From Octopus vulgaris (taxonomy: Eukaryota): DNA of 64,000 nt. Position numbers and translations under genes: made by a program. The stretch spans positions 19,716,001 to 19,780,000 of the forward strand of contig OX597840.1 of assembly GCA_951406725.2 (NCBI GenBank), given 5' to 3'. Shown one piece after another: positions 39,703 through 56,343 of the stretch. Each line of letters begins with the position of its first letter. The first letter of the stretch is position 1. A model generated the notes under the pieces. That model was not told the DNA's origin, ran no database searches, and worked only from the letters and a program-made list of their open reading frames with translations.

Positions 39703-40555
39703 TGTATGTATGTATGTATGTATGTATGTATGTATGTATGTATGTATGTATGTATGTATGTATGTATGTATGTATGTATGTATGTATGTATGTGTATGTA
39801 TGTATGTATGTATGTATGTATGTATGTATGTATGTATGTATGTATGTATGTATGTATGTATGTATGTATGTATGTATGTATGCATGTATGTATGTATGTA
39901 TGTATGTATGTATGTATGTATGTATGCATGCATGTATGTATGTATGTATGTATGTATGTATGTATGTATGCATGTATGTATGTATGTATGTATGTATGTA
40001 TGTATGCATGTATGTATGTATGAACGTATTATGAAAGTATGTACGTATGTATGTTTGTCTACGTATGTATGCATGTATGTATGCAAGTATGTATGTGTAT
40101 GCATGTGCTTGTATGTATGTATGTATGTATGTATGGCTGTGTGTATGTGTGCATGTGTATGTATGAATGTATGAGCATGTATGTATGTGTGTGTATGTAT
40201 TTATGTATGTATGTACGTATGTATGTATGTATGGATGGATGGATGGATGTATGTTAGTATGTATTATGTATGTATGTATGTATGTATGTATGTATGCAAG
40301 TATGTATGTGTGTATGACTGTGTACGTATGTATGTGCTTGTACGTATGTATGGCTGTGTGTATGAGTGCATGTGTATATATGAATGTATGACTCTGTATG
40401 TATATGTATGTATGTACTTATGTATGTACGTATGTATGTATATGTATGTGTGTATGTACGTATATATGTATATGTATGTGTGTATGTATGTATGTATATA
40501 TGAATGTATGTATGAATGTATGTATGTATGTACGTACGTACGAACGCGTGTGTAT
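39585..40555. repeat. (TATG)n tetranucleotide array
   Basis: Direct observation. Confidence 0.96.
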
Positions 40556-40999
40556 GATTAAATGTAGAGACGAAGGGAGAGCTGGCAAGTAAGTGTGACA
40601 GCAGTTAAGTGCGAGGGTTAGGAATCGCATAAGAAGAGGGGACTCAACCGTGTGAGATGCTGTGAGGGACCGAACATGGCTGTTGCCAGCACGTGACTTC
40701 CGGTTCAATTATATACGCTGTCAACATCTGAACGGTCATTAAAGATTTATATTTGAAATGGAGTGAGTGTATATACCTGTATGTGTGTATGCATATGAAT
40801 ATATATTAATGTGTGTATGCATGCTTTATGTATGTATATACAAGATATACACGCGCGTGCTGACACTCACACACGTATGAGCATGTAAATCGTATATATA
40901 TACATATATATACATATATATATATATATGTATATATATATACCTATATATATATACATATATATACATATATATATATATATATACGTATATACACAT

Positions 41000-41082
<83 letters not shown>

Positions 41083-41251
41083 TCAAAATAAGCAACAAGA
41101 ATAACTTCGGTAATTTGGTAATTCTTGTTGCTTATTTTGATTATAATCACCCCACAAATTTTTATGGATAACACCATGCAGAATTCTGGTGCCTCCAACT
41201 TAAGTACCATATTCATCTGAATCTAAATTTTGCTGAACTTATATATATATC

Positions 41252-41305
<54 letters not shown>

Positions 41306-41529
41306 CGACGTCTTTTTGGTGTCCTGTACACATATATGCGTGTATATGTACATGCTTTTTTCGTCTGGCGTTAACAGCCCTTCTTATCTTGTTCTCCTTG
41401 TCCTGTCTCTCACTGTTATATATTTATTTTTCCACTGTTTATATATATATTTTTAACTGTTTATATGTTTGTACTGTCGTTACCGTCTTGCTTTTTTACC
41501 CCTCTGCGAAAAGATCTCAGAACCTTAAT

Positions 41530-41830
41530 TGATTTGCTTTTCTCAGGAAGGAATTTTTCTTCGAAGTATACGTCTCGCTTTTATCCTTCGAAACGTTTAG
41601 TAGATGAAACTTTAGCGACTGAAGAAGGGATTTTTCGTTGTGCTTATTGTCCTGTATCTCCTTTTTTTTTTTTGCCTGTCTTGTTCCTTGGTTTGTGTCT
41701 ATGTTTTTCGTCTCTCTATGTGTTCGACGTCTTTTTGGTGTCCTGTACACATATATGCGTGTATATGTACATGTAGAGGTAGGTACGTACATATATGTTT
41801 ATATATATGCATATATTTTATTAACATATA
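41530..41830 (+). mobile_element. TA-embedded family D
   Basis: Homologous to copies at 22195 and 57065; contains ccttcgaaac...ctgaagaaggg. Confidence 0.65.
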
Positions 41831-42109
41831 TATATATATATATATATAACACCAGTATAAAAGTTCTCACTCATTGACTTATTTTTCCTTAAATTTTCGT
41901 TGCATTTTAAAACGCAACGATTATTGAAAAGGTTGCAAGACACAACGAAAATTTTAGGAAAAATAAATAAGTAAATGAGTGGAACATTTACCAGTGCGTG
42001 TGTTAAATAATAAGGCACTAAAAGAGAATGACTCTCCCAAGACACAACAGTATATATATGATACATACATATATATATATACATATGTATGTGTGTGTGT
42101 TTGGTGTTT

Positions 42110-42485
42110 ATTCTTTTAAGAGCATGTCCCTTGGTGGCTGACGACATGTGCACCCCTGATCTCGAGTAGAAGTAATCGGGGAGCATCATAGACATGTGTT
42201 GAAAGGAATTCTTTGGGGTTTGAATAATTTACTCCTGGAAACATGAGTTTTTCGTTCAACATCCTCAAACGGGATGGGCTACTCGACATAAAGAAAATTC
42301 TAACTGGGCCCCACCTGCAAGGTCATGCACTGTCTATCTTGATATGAGATCACCATGTCGCGCACATATGGTTGTGATGCATGTGCCTGGTCTACCCTTA
42401 TCAAACGGGTAGTCATGACGGGTATACTGGGCTTCGTATATTTTACCCCAGTGTCACTTTGATGGCATGTACTGTTCTCTCACTC

Positions 42486-42542
<57 letters not shown>

Positions 42543-42555
42543 TATTATAATAATT
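42110..42555 (+). mobile_element. probable retroposon 3' portion ending in an (AAT)n tail
   Basis: Complex sequence running directly into a pure (AAT)n; family not identified. Confidence 0.45.
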
Positions 42556-42556
42556 A

Positions 42557-43328
42557 ATTCTTTTATTGGCCACAAGGGATGACAAAAATTAATTATAATA
42601 AAAAAAGGGACAAAACAAGACGAAAGGTTACAAATGGTTTTGTCCGTTTGTAAAAAAAAACGTGTAAAAACAGTGTAACAATAAAAAATTATAACAACGA
42701 AAACTCCCAATAGGGGGAGGCGTTTCGAAAGGTTCCTGGTGGGAAAAAGCCAACGGGAGCCTGGTCAAAAGGAAGGGGGGTAGAGAGCCCCTTTCTCCTT
42801 TTATATTACCTTTTTTAAATCACAGGTGTAACCTCAGAATGGCTCCTTTCATACTGGCCATTCTTGCGACATTTATCCACCTTTCATTAAACTTGCTATC
42901 GGACACCACTACCCTCTCTACACTCATCTTCCTTTTTAAGTGAATAATAATAATAATAATTTATTCTTTTTATTGGCCACAAGGGCTGACATACATGATT
43001 ACATAAAGGGACAAAACAGGACGAAAGGTTACAAATCCGAGTAAAAACTTTATAACAATTAAAAAATTAACAATGAAAAACTCCCAAAAGGGGGAGGCGT
43101 TACGAACGGTTCCTGGTGGAAAAAACCCTATAAAAGTCAACAGGCGCCTGGTCAAAAAAAGGGTGTAGAGAGTCCCTTTTTTCTCCTTTTATATTACCCT
43201 TTTGAAATCACAGGCGAAACCTGAGAACTGGTCCCTTTATACTGGCCAGTCTCGCACAATTCACCCACCTTTCATAAAACTTGCTATCGGACAGCACTTC
43301 CCTCTCTACTCTCATCTTCCTTTTCAAG

Positions 43329-43331
<3 letters not shown>
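42557..43331 (-). mobile_element. two tandem 3' ends of an L1/Tx1-like LINE within (AAT)n
   Basis: Two ~370-385-bp homologous units; the minus strand reads HLKRKMRVEREVLSDSKFYERWVNCARLASIK, followed by a 3' UTR with ccAATAAAaga. Confidence 0.6.
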
Positions 43332-43403
<72 letters not shown>

Positions 43404-43674
43404 GTGGTTTTGAATTCTGGCTGAAGGCTAGTAAGTTAAGGGGTGGGGTGAGTCAGTCGCATCGACGCCATTGTTACGTAGGATTAGTCGGGTGATTGTG
43501 GTAAAACGTAACCTTTTATCTCAGACATAACATTTAGTATGTATCGAAAATAGATACGACTCGATAATTGATTAATGAAATTATCAATCAATGCATTAAA
43601 TATACTTCGACCCATATCGAGATTAGATAGAAAAGTTCGATGATAGATACACGTATACATCCATCCATCCACCC

Positions 43675-43719
43675 ATACATACATACATTCATACATACAT
43701 ACATACATACATGCATACA

Positions 43720-43753
<34 letters not shown>

Positions 43754-45035
43754 CATACATACATACATACATACATACATACATACATACATACATACAT
43801 ACATACATACATACATACATACATACATACATACATACATACATACATACATACATACATACATACATACATACATACATACATACATACATACATACAT
43901 ACATACATACATACATACATACATACATACATACATACATACATACATACATACATACATACATACATACATACATACATACATACATACATACATACAT
44001 ACATACATACATACATACATACATACATACATACATACATACATACATACATACATACATACATACATACATACATACATACATACATACATACATACAT
44101 ACATACATACATACATACATACATACATACATACATACATACATACATACATACATACATACATACATACATACATACATACATACATACATACATACAT
44201 ACATACATACATACATACATACATACATACATGCATACATACATACATACATACATACATACATACATACATACGTACATACATACATACATACATACAT
44301 ACATACATACATACATACGTACATACATACATACATACATACATACATACATACATACATGCATACATACATACATACATACATACATACATACATACAT
44401 ACGTACATACATACATACATACATGCATGCATACATACGTACATACATACATACATACATACATGCATACATACATACATACATACATACATACATACAT
44501 ACATGCATACATACATACATACATACATACATACATACATACATACATACATACATACATACATACATACATACATACATACATACATACATACATACAT
44601 ACATACATACATACATACATACATACATACATACATACATACATACATACATACATACATACATACATACATACATACATACATACATACATACATACAT
44701 ACATACATACATACATACATACATACATACATACATACATACATACATACATACATACATACATACATACATACATACATACATACATACATACATACAT
44801 ACATACATACATACATACATACATACATACATACATACATACATACATACATACATGCATACGTACATACATACATACATACATACATACATACATACAT
44901 ACATACATACATACATACATACATACATACATACATACATACATACATACATACATACATGCATACATACATACATACATGCATGCATACATACATACAT
45001 ACATACATACATACATACATACATACATACATACA

Positions 45036-45066
<31 letters not shown>

Positions 45067-46114
45067 CATACATACATACATACATACATACATACATACA
45101 TACATACATACATACATACATACATACATACATGCATGCATACATACATACATACATACATACATACATACATACATACATACATACATACATACATACA
45201 TACATACATACATACATACATACATACATACATACATACATACATACATACATACATACATACATACATACATACATGCATACGTACATACATACATACA
45301 TACATACATACATACATACATACGTACATACATACATACATACATACATACATACATACATACATACATACATACATACATACATACATACATACATACA
45401 TACATACATACATACATACATACATACATACATACATACATACATACATACATACATGCATGCATACATACGTACATACATACATACATACATACATACA
45501 TACATACATACATACATACATACATACATACATACATACATACATACATACATGCATACATACATACATACATACATACATACATACATACATACATGCA
45601 TACATACATACATACATACATACATGCATGCATACATACGTACATACATACATACATATATACATGCATACATACATACATACATACATACATACATACA
45701 TACATACATACATACATACATACATACATACATACATACATACATACATACATACATACATGCATACATACATACATACATACATACATGCATGCATACA
45801 TACGTACATACATACATACATGCATGCATACATACATACATACATACATACATACATACACACACACGCATACATACATACGTACGTACATACATACACA
45901 CATACATACATACATACATACGCACATACATGCATGCATACATACATGCATTCATACATACACACATACATACACACACATACATACATACATACATACA
46001 TACATACATACATACATACACACGCACACACGCACACACATACATACATACATACATACATATACATATATACATACATACATGCATACATACATACACA
46101 CATACATACATATA

Positions 46115-46118
<4 letters not shown>
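43675..46118. repeat. ~2.4-kb (CATA)n array
   Basis: Direct observation; source of the 639-904 aa spurious ORFs. Confidence 0.98.
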
Positions 46119-46156
<38 letters not shown>

Positions 46157-46430
46157 CATATATACACATACACAAACAATCCTAATGCGAAAAAACACTC
46201 GGAAAAATAACTATATATATACACACACAAAAACACACTCATATACGTACATATATCGCCGTGATCACCATGACCGACCAGGCTATCAGATGTTGCTACA
46301 CATCGCTGGTCACAATGCGCTTCGCATTGTTTTAGCCTTCAAATGATGCCACCCCGCTGGTTGAGCGAGCAGGCCAACATACATATATACGTACATATAT
46401 ATACTTACATGTGCGTGTGCGTTTGCGTGT

Positions 46431-46482
<52 letters not shown>

Positions 46483-46589
46483 GTAACGTCAGTATGAATT
46501 TAAATGTCACTGGATTTACTCCAAAAATTCGTTCGTATCCGTAGAGTTTATAAATACACTGAAAGAGAAAAGAAATGTTATCCACACAG

Positions 46590-46664
<75 letters not shown>

Positions 46665-47461
46665 TTTACACAAATACACACACATATAATACATGCGTAC
46701 ACAAAGGCATTTCTGTAGTAAATTCATTGGCGTTTCCCTCTATACTCTTAATAACATCAGGTAGCCGAATACTGCGAATGCGCTTTGAACGGCATACCAT
46801 AAGGTGTATACCTGAATATAAGTTATTACATATATATATACGTGTATGCACGTGTATGTTATTAATAACTGGAGAACCCACACACAACGGGTCTATATAT
46901 AAGCAGAGTAAACATACACACTTACATATATATGTGGGCGGCATGTATATATAGATATATATATGTGTGTATATGTATATATATCATATATACGCAGCCA
47001 TCAGCCATATGTTCTAATCAATCACACTTACAAGATCTGAAAGGCTGTGGGTGCACAGCAAGGGACCTGACTAACTCCTTCCCTTCTTTTCTCAAACAAG
47101 CCACAAAATCCGCGAGTTTCCGCCATTTTTCCGCATCTTCGTTTCTTTCGGATCAGTTTCGTTTTTCACTGAAGGCCACAACACTGTTGTCTCTCTTTCT
47201 CTCTCTCTCTCTCACTCTCCATGTCTCTCGCTCTCTCTCTCTCACTCTTTCTCACACACACTCTCTCTTTCTCTTTCTCTCTCTCTCACTCTCTCTCACA
47301 CACTCTCTCTTCCTCTCTCTCTCTCTCTTTCTATTTATCTGTCAATATATCTATCTTCCCCGCCTCTCTCTCTCTCTCTCTCTCATCTCATTCACCGTAA
47401 GACCAAATATTTCATTAATAAACATATGGCATATCCAATATTTATACATAGAATAAGGTGC

Positions 47462-47504
<43 letters not shown>

Positions 47505-47682
47505 AGTGGAGTGTGTGTGTGTATTTGTGTGAGCATGTGTGTGAATTAGTGTGTTTGTATATATTTATGTATATATTATTTCAAATATATACATACATAT
47601 ATATATATATATACATCTACACATATATAATTCATACATATAAATACGTACGTAGATGCGTATATATATATATGTGTGTGTG

Positions 47683-47747
<65 letters not shown>

Positions 47748-47800
47748 GTATATATGTATATAAATATATATGTGTGTATGTATATATGTATGTATGTATG

Positions 47801-47864
<64 letters not shown>

Positions 47865-47915
47865 TACATACATACATATATACATACACACATATATATT
47901 TATATACATATATAC

Positions 47916-48082
<167 letters not shown>

Positions 48083-48561
48083 CAGTAAAAGCGATTAAGA
48101 TTCAAGTGAGTTCTGTTGAATTCACTTGAATGCGGTACTTAACTTAGATGCACCAGAAAACTATATGGTGTTAACCATACAATAATGTGGGGTGATTATA
48201 AACAAGAAAAAAGCAACAAGAATGGATTAGTTTTTCAGTACAATTGTTTCATACGAAGAACAGCTTTATTAAAAGCTGCAAATATTGCAGCAAATACAAT
48301 TTGTATATATACAAATTTTGTATATATATATATACATATATATGTATGCATGTATGTATGTATGTATATATGTATGTCATTGTTCAGTCTTATTTCAAGA
48401 TTTCTAGCCAATAGAGAAAGAGCCGGTTTCTAACCTAGATGCAAGGCTCCTTGATTGGAATTTCAACATCAATAGTGTATGTATGTATTTATGCTACATT
48501 CAATACGATGTACCAGACAACAAAAAGGAAAAGAAAGAAAAGTAACAAGACTATACATATA

Positions 48562-48732
48562 GGCGCAGGAGTGGCTGTGTGGTAAGTAGCTTGCTAACCA
48601 ACCACATGGTTCCGGGTTCAGTCCCACTGCCTGGCACCTTGGGCAAGTGTCTTCTACTATAGCCTCGGGCCGACCAAAGTCTGGTGAGTGGATTTGGTAG
48701 ACGGAAACTGAAAGAAGCTCGTCGTATATATG

Positions 48733-48787
<55 letters not shown>

Positions 48788-49010
48788 GTGTGTGCGTGTA
48801 TGTTTGTGTGTCTGTGTTTGTCCCCCTAGCATTGCTTGACAACCGATGCTGGTGTGTTTATGTCCCCGTCACTTAGCGGTTCGGCAAAAGAGACCGATAG
48901 AATAAGTACTGGGCTTACAAAAAGAATAAGTCCCCGGGGTCGAGCAGCTCGATTAAAGGCGGTGCTCCAGCATGGCCGCAGTCAAAACGACTGAAACAAG
49001 TAAAAAGAAA
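48562..49010 (+). mobile_element. SINE family 1, full length
   Basis: Same structure as the copy at 37976. Confidence 0.93.
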
Positions 49011-49624
49011 TAAAGAAAGAAAGAAATGAGAGTGACGCCCCCAGCATGGGCGCAGTCCAAAGACTGAAACTTGTAAGAGAACAGGGAAAGGAAATATCTT
49101 GTCTCCCACCCGCCCACCCGTTTCTTGTGTGTGGAATGGAATTCTTGAAATAGACTCCAGGTAATCCAAGGCGGTCACCAGGTCAGACATGTGGCATGAA
49201 TTTAAACGGTGCTGCGATGATATCAACCGACATCTCGGCGAACGCATAAATCAAACAGCAAAAAAGGTGCCAACGAGGTTATCTTGACGTGGTCGATCGT
49301 TATGCTAGAAATAACAGCAAGGTTATATATTCGGGTGTATCTATCTATGTAGATAGAAAAGATACCTCAATGTATTACGATCTGTGTGTGTGGCTGAGCG
49401 CGACTTTTGTGTGCATATGAGAAATATGCGTATATATATAATTATAAAGGATATATCTATATCTAAATATCAAAATTGTGGGTGGGAAGTGGGTGTATGT
49501 AAGTCGTCTAAAAATCCATAAGTCAGGAAAAAGATGCCCCCGTATATCTGTCGACAGGATGAGTATTTTATCCTAAAAGTGTAGTATGGCCGTGATGGAT
49601 ATATAATACTGTACGCTTCGGATA

Positions 49625-50360
<736 letters not shown>

Positions 50361-50459
50361 TCCTTTATTTACATTATTTACATTTGACGGCTATTTGTCA
50401 TCATCTTGTTTGTTGTTAACACAACGTTTCGGCTGATATACCCTCAGGCCTTCAATTGA

Positions 50460-50730
50460 CCAAAATCACACACGGGTTTCAGTTACACAAGATTTTCTTG
50501 AGTGTGTTGAAAACGATGAAAACTTTTGAAAACTTTCTATAGGCCTCTGAGCAGGTGTCGCCAAGCCCTTGCCAACATTTTATGCTGATTCTCTGCTCAG
50601 CTGTTTCTCTGCCATGGTCAATGTGACGATCACACGCTACACACCTTCCTTCCAAGCACTGCTGTAAGCAGTTGAAGTGAGTGACAGCGTTAAAACTTAG
50701 TTCGCATGCACAGCAGGATTCAAGATCAAT
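50460..50730 (-). mobile_element. decayed mariner transposase N-terminal fragment
   Basis: EQRISIKCWQGLGDTCSEAYRKFSKVF resembles the mariner EQRxxIKFCxxLGxTxxE helix. Confidence 0.55.
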
Positions 50731-51474
50731 TTGCGCCAAGTGGCTTTACTCTGCTACAATTGCAACATTCCGGATACTTATTGCTCAGACCACGTATATA
50801 TTAGCGACAGAGGCAATATGAATATGAAGGGGTAATATTTATTCCCCCTTAAACATAGATGTTCAATTAGAACAAACTATACTGCGGCAGATATCTCGAG
50901 AAACACTTGCATATTGGCTTTTTTGTGCAAAATGCACTCTTATTTTTATCACTCGCAGCGAGATAAGTCCCCACCGTCTCCAGCTCCGAGGCCACCAGGT
51001 CACATGAGTTCGATCTTGTTTGGTGTTGACAATGATGGACGCTCGACGGGAAAGTACTGATATGCAAATTAGCACGTGGATCGCGCGTTCGGTTGGCCGA
51101 AAGAGGACCTGTCCCAGTTCTAAGTACGTATATTCATATGTGTTTCGTGGAGACGCTTCTAAATTGTTTTCACTATATTTATCTTGTTCATTAATGTCGC
51201 ATTTCTAAACACTTTTAGCTCGTTGTTAGCTATTTATAAAGTCCTTTGCGGTGTTATGGGTCCCGTTAGATTGTAGAAACCTGTTGAGTTCAAAGGAGTA
51301 ATGGTTGCCAGATACTAATTTGCCACAAGTAACCGGGTCCCGGATGGACAGGTTTTCCAGTGTGTTCTGATGTGATTCGGACGAAATGAACGGAGAATTC
51401 CTCTGGGTATTATTTCTAAATTTGAATAAAAGTGACAAAGAGAACTCGACTGTGTAATTACAAAACCGACACGG

Positions 51475-51900
<426 letters not shown>

Positions 51901-52079
51901 TAAGGATATGTGCAGATTTGTATTATTTATGTATGTATTGTCATGCATATATTTGCATATCTAGACATGCTCATATATATTTAAATGATAAACTTCTGGA
52001 AAGTTTTACAGATTATTACAGTTCCAGTGACGGATTGGATCTGTAGTCTTTTTAACGTTCTTGGCTACCTAAGGGGGCG

Positions 52080-52821
52080 ACATCTGGTAGATTTCGAAAT
52101 GTCTTCCCTACCACAACGTTTAAAACACTTCTCGACTAGTCAGATACGGGTTCTTCGCAACTTTCCTCGTTACAAGTGACAGGGAACGCCTGGAAACAAC
52201 CCACAATTTACCCTTGTCAGCCCTCGAACGGACAGCAGAAGACTCCACAAATTTCTTCACAATTCGACGAACTCTTCCTAAGATCTTTGACATTTCCAAT
52301 GTCATTTTGTTTTTCCAAGCTCTGAGACAATGGTGGACTTCGCATTTGATGCTAACCCTTTAGCATTCAGATTACTCTGTCAAATGTAAAGCCTGTTTAA
52401 TCACATTGTTTAAAATTAATTGTACAGCATCTTGTAACTGAGATTTTGATGTCCCTGTTTACTTTTAGAATGGCTTTGTAGGATAGGTGTGAGAGGTCAG
52501 TGCTGGCTGGTTTGAGCATAAAACAGGAAGACAATTTTGGCCTGATATGGCCGGTTTAAACACTAAAGGGTTAAACCACGTTTTTGACCCGTAATAACGC
52601 TTTTATTGAGCACATACCTAATAATTTAGGACGGTAAAATTGTTGCTGTTTCACGAAAATGGCCGCCGTTTGTTTAGATCTGCGCGGATCCAATATATTT
52701 TATTACAGTTTGCGCAGGCAGATGTTGCTATCATTGAGTGAAAAAACACCTGAATTCGAACGAATAAAATACTCAGTTGTTTTGAAAAAAACAGAGCTGC
52801 CTAATAATTTGACACGCAGTG
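52080..52821 (-). mobile_element. Tc1-like transposon 5' fragment
   Basis: MTLEMSKILGRVRRIVKKFVE...RADKG...LVTRKVAKNPYLTSREVF; Tc1-like terminus TA|CACTGCGTGTCAAATTATTAGG at ~52821. Confidence 0.6.
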
Positions 52822-52896
52822 TGTATATGTGAGCGTGTGTGTGTGTGTGTATGTATGGATATATATATATATATGTATATGTATATATATATATGA

Positions 52897-52949
<53 letters not shown>

Positions 52950-53148
52950 TTCATATAGAGAACTTTCTTTGTACTTTGATCGTTGATGATCTATTTCTAG
53001 CATGCGGCCGACTACCTAGCAGTCTTGCCCTGTCAATATACACATGAATATATGTATATATATATATATATGAATGTGTATATATATATATATATAAACA
53101 CAAATATACATACATTTTTGCTATATATATAGTTATTTCTTATATATA

Positions 53149-53210
<62 letters not shown>

Positions 53211-53224
53211 TCATATATATATAT

Positions 53225-53268
<44 letters not shown>

Positions 53269-54225
53269 GCATATATATATACATACATATACATATATAT
53301 GTGTTTGTGTGTGTCTGTGTGCGTGTGTGTGTATGTATGTATGCATGTATGTATGTATATGTGTGTATGTATGTATGTATGTATGCATGTATATATATAT
53401 GTATGTATGTATACTCGCCTTCGTACCGTCTTTGTGTATGTATGTATGCATGTATGTGTATGTATGTATGCATGTATGTATGTATATGTGTGTATGTATG
53501 TATGTATGTATGCATGTATATATGTATGTGTGTGTGTATGTATGTATGCATGTATGTATGTATATGTGTGTATGTATGTATGTATGTATGTATGCATGTA
53601 TATATGTATGTATGTATGTATACTCGCCTTCGTACCGTCTTTGTCCAGTATTGAAGGTCAGAAGACGAACGAAAGGAAATCAACCCCTACTCCAAACCCC
53701 CGTTCCTTTGAAAAAAAAAGAAAGGGGTTAGATATAGGACAATAAGGGGCTTGATGCCCCTAAACTTCCTGGAGACCTCCAACTTCTTATCTGTTCCCAT
53801 CTTTCATCATTTATATCTGTTGTGGCTCGTGTTGGGGGAGAGGGTGTGATGGCCATGGCGGGAGTGATGGTGGGGATAGCAAAGGTAGTTGTTGTTGTTG
53901 TTGTTGTTGTACTTGGTGATGGTGGTGGTGGTGGTGGCGGTGGTGGTGTGGTGTTGATAATCTCGGTGGAATGTAAGGCGACCTCCATCTATGTACTGAA
54001 CATATGTATGTATATGTGTATGTGTGTATACGTGTATATATATATATGTATGTATGTATGTATTCAGGTGAGTGCAAATGCGTTCATATGTGTATGTGTA
54101 TATTTTAATCCTTTTTTTTCTATCTCAATCACTCTCGCACATACACACACACTCACACACACTCACACACACACACATATATATGTGTGTGTATATATAT
54201 ATGTATATGTATATGTATATATATA

Positions 54226-54258
<33 letters not shown>

Positions 54259-54403
54259 GTACATATATAGATACATGGTGCTCCATCATGGCCTTAGTCT
54301 TGATTTTGTTTTAGCAAATAGAAATGCACTCACGCGTACACACACACACATATATATAAATGCCTTTATGTGTGTGTGTGTGTGTCAGTGTGTATGTTTG
54401 TGT

Positions 54404-54458
<55 letters not shown>

Positions 54459-55062
54459 GTACTATAGGAAGCTGTCGTCGGTTGTTATCAGTGATCTTTC
54501 ATTCAGGACTACAGATTGAGGTCGATGGAAACCAGATGTGGAGAACGAGCGAGAGAGAGGAGGGGAGAGGAGAAAAGGAGAGACAGACAGACAGACAGAG
54601 CGGGAGATAGACAAAGAGACAGGCAGAGAGAGAGAGAGGGGGAGAAACAGAGAGGATGAAAGGGGAAAAGGAAAAGTGAAGGATAGACAGACAGACAGAT
54701 AGAGAGAAAGAGATAAAGAAAGAGACGGAGAGAATGAAAGGGGAGAATGAGAAACTAGAGAGAGAGAGAGAGAGAGAGAGAGGTGACAGAGAGAGAGAGA
54801 AGGTGACAGAGAGAGAGAGAAGGTGACAGAGAGAGAGAGAAGGTGACAGAGAGAGAGAGAAGGTGACAGAGAGAGAGACAGACTGACAGACAGAGTGGGG
54901 CTGAGAGATAAATAGAAAGTCTGAGAGAGAGAGAGAGAGAGAGAACTTAGTAATGTCTTTTTTTTAAGTATGGTATTTATTCTATTGGGCCCTTTTGTTC
55001 GAAATGCTAGGTTACCGGGTGCCAACAAACCAACACCGGATTTCAACCGGTGAGAAGCGGGG

Positions 55063-55104
<42 letters not shown>

Positions 55105-55107
55105 GCG

Positions 55108-55155
<48 letters not shown>

Positions 55156-55156
<1 letters not shown>

Positions 55157-55348
55157 TTTATTTAAAGCAGCAGAAAATTCAACAAAACCTGTTACTCTGA
55201 GTTTCAAGCAAAAACTGTCTGATGAACGGCAACGGGAAACTCAGAGTAACAGGTTTTGTTGTTCTGCTGCTTTAAATAAAGCATATTCCTCTACCACTGG
55301 TATTTGAGTACTCTTTTTCCAGCTTGTTTCACATTTATGTGTTTACTC

Positions 55349-55352
<4 letters not shown>
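55156..55352 (+). mobile_element. family A element with canonical-core hammerhead (55208-55258) preceded by an inverted copy of its own 3' part
   Basis: aaaactgt-CTGATGA-acg-GCAA-cgg-GAAAC-tcaga-GTA-acaggtttt. Confidence 0.75.
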
Positions 55353-55417
<65 letters not shown>

Positions 55418-55482
55418 GGTCCCGGGTTGAGTCGGGGTTAACCACAGTAAATAAGGTACTCAATACATAGCAGAGTAAATTA

Positions 55483-55607
55483 ATTTATTATATAGAAGGA
55501 GCTTCTACAGGACTAGAACTGTTTCATTCAAATGAAATCATCAGGAAGCTTCTGATGATTTCTTTTGAATGAAACAGTTCTAGTCCTGTAGAAGCTCCTT
55601 CTATATA

Positions 55608-55613
<6 letters not shown>
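55483..55613. ncRNA. two head-to-head hammerhead motifs forming a palindrome
   Basis: CTGATGA at 55552 (+) and 55544 (-); stem III ACAG/CTGT; GUA site; stem I agcttc/gaagct; centre AAGCTT. Confidence 0.72.
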
Positions 55614-55653
<40 letters not shown>

Positions 55654-55832
55654 ATATATTTAGAAGGTTTGGAGATGATGTACATTAGAAGAAATGAGGT
55701 ACTCAGAAATTTGGATGGTTTTACATTTACAGATATTTATTTGTATATTACATGTTTTTATACATCATATGATTTATATCATATATCATATATTAGCGCT
55801 TTCTCCCATTCTAGTGGGGTTTTCAAATCGAA

Positions 55833-55874
<42 letters not shown>

Positions 55875-56004
55875 CATACATACATACATACATACATACA
55901 TACATACATACATACATACATACATACATACATACATACATACATACATACATTCATACATACATACATACATACATACATACATACATACATACATACA
56001 TACA

Positions 56005-56036
<32 letters not shown>

Positions 56037-56343
56037 AGTAATGTATATCAAAATAAGAAACGCAGAAAACAATTGATATTTTATGCTGTGTTACACACGT
56101 GCTTCCCTTCGTCGGTAGCTTATTTCCTCGGTAATTCGGCAAAAATTTGCGGTATGTCCTTATAGATATACACAGACATGGCCGGTCTAGTTTACATTCG
56201 TTATTAATAGCTGTGTGTTTATTCGTGGTTAGTTAAGGATGGTACACAACTGCTGACGAGACACCAAGCAGAGTTGAGATCTGCAGCACGAACCGTTGTT
56301 CTGCCTTTTCCTGTCCGCGAATGCGCGTACAGAGACGTGACGC

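Noticed and set aside
43484-46346. 639-904 aa ORFs on both strands
   Set aside because: Pure translations of (CATA)n/(TATG)n, which lacks stops in all frames.
48562-48635. SINE heads (families 1-4) as functional tRNA genes
   Set aside because: Box A/B are present but there is no complete cloverleaf, and they continue into SINE bodies.
49188-49286. Short ORF MWHEFKRCCDDINRHLGERINQTAKK as a possible exon
   Set aside because: No recognisable homology and no convincing polypyrimidine acceptor.
56245-56290. CTGACGA-gac...gtt-GAGA hammerhead-like word
   Set aside because: GAAA is broken and stem III/NUH cannot be formed; plausibly chance.
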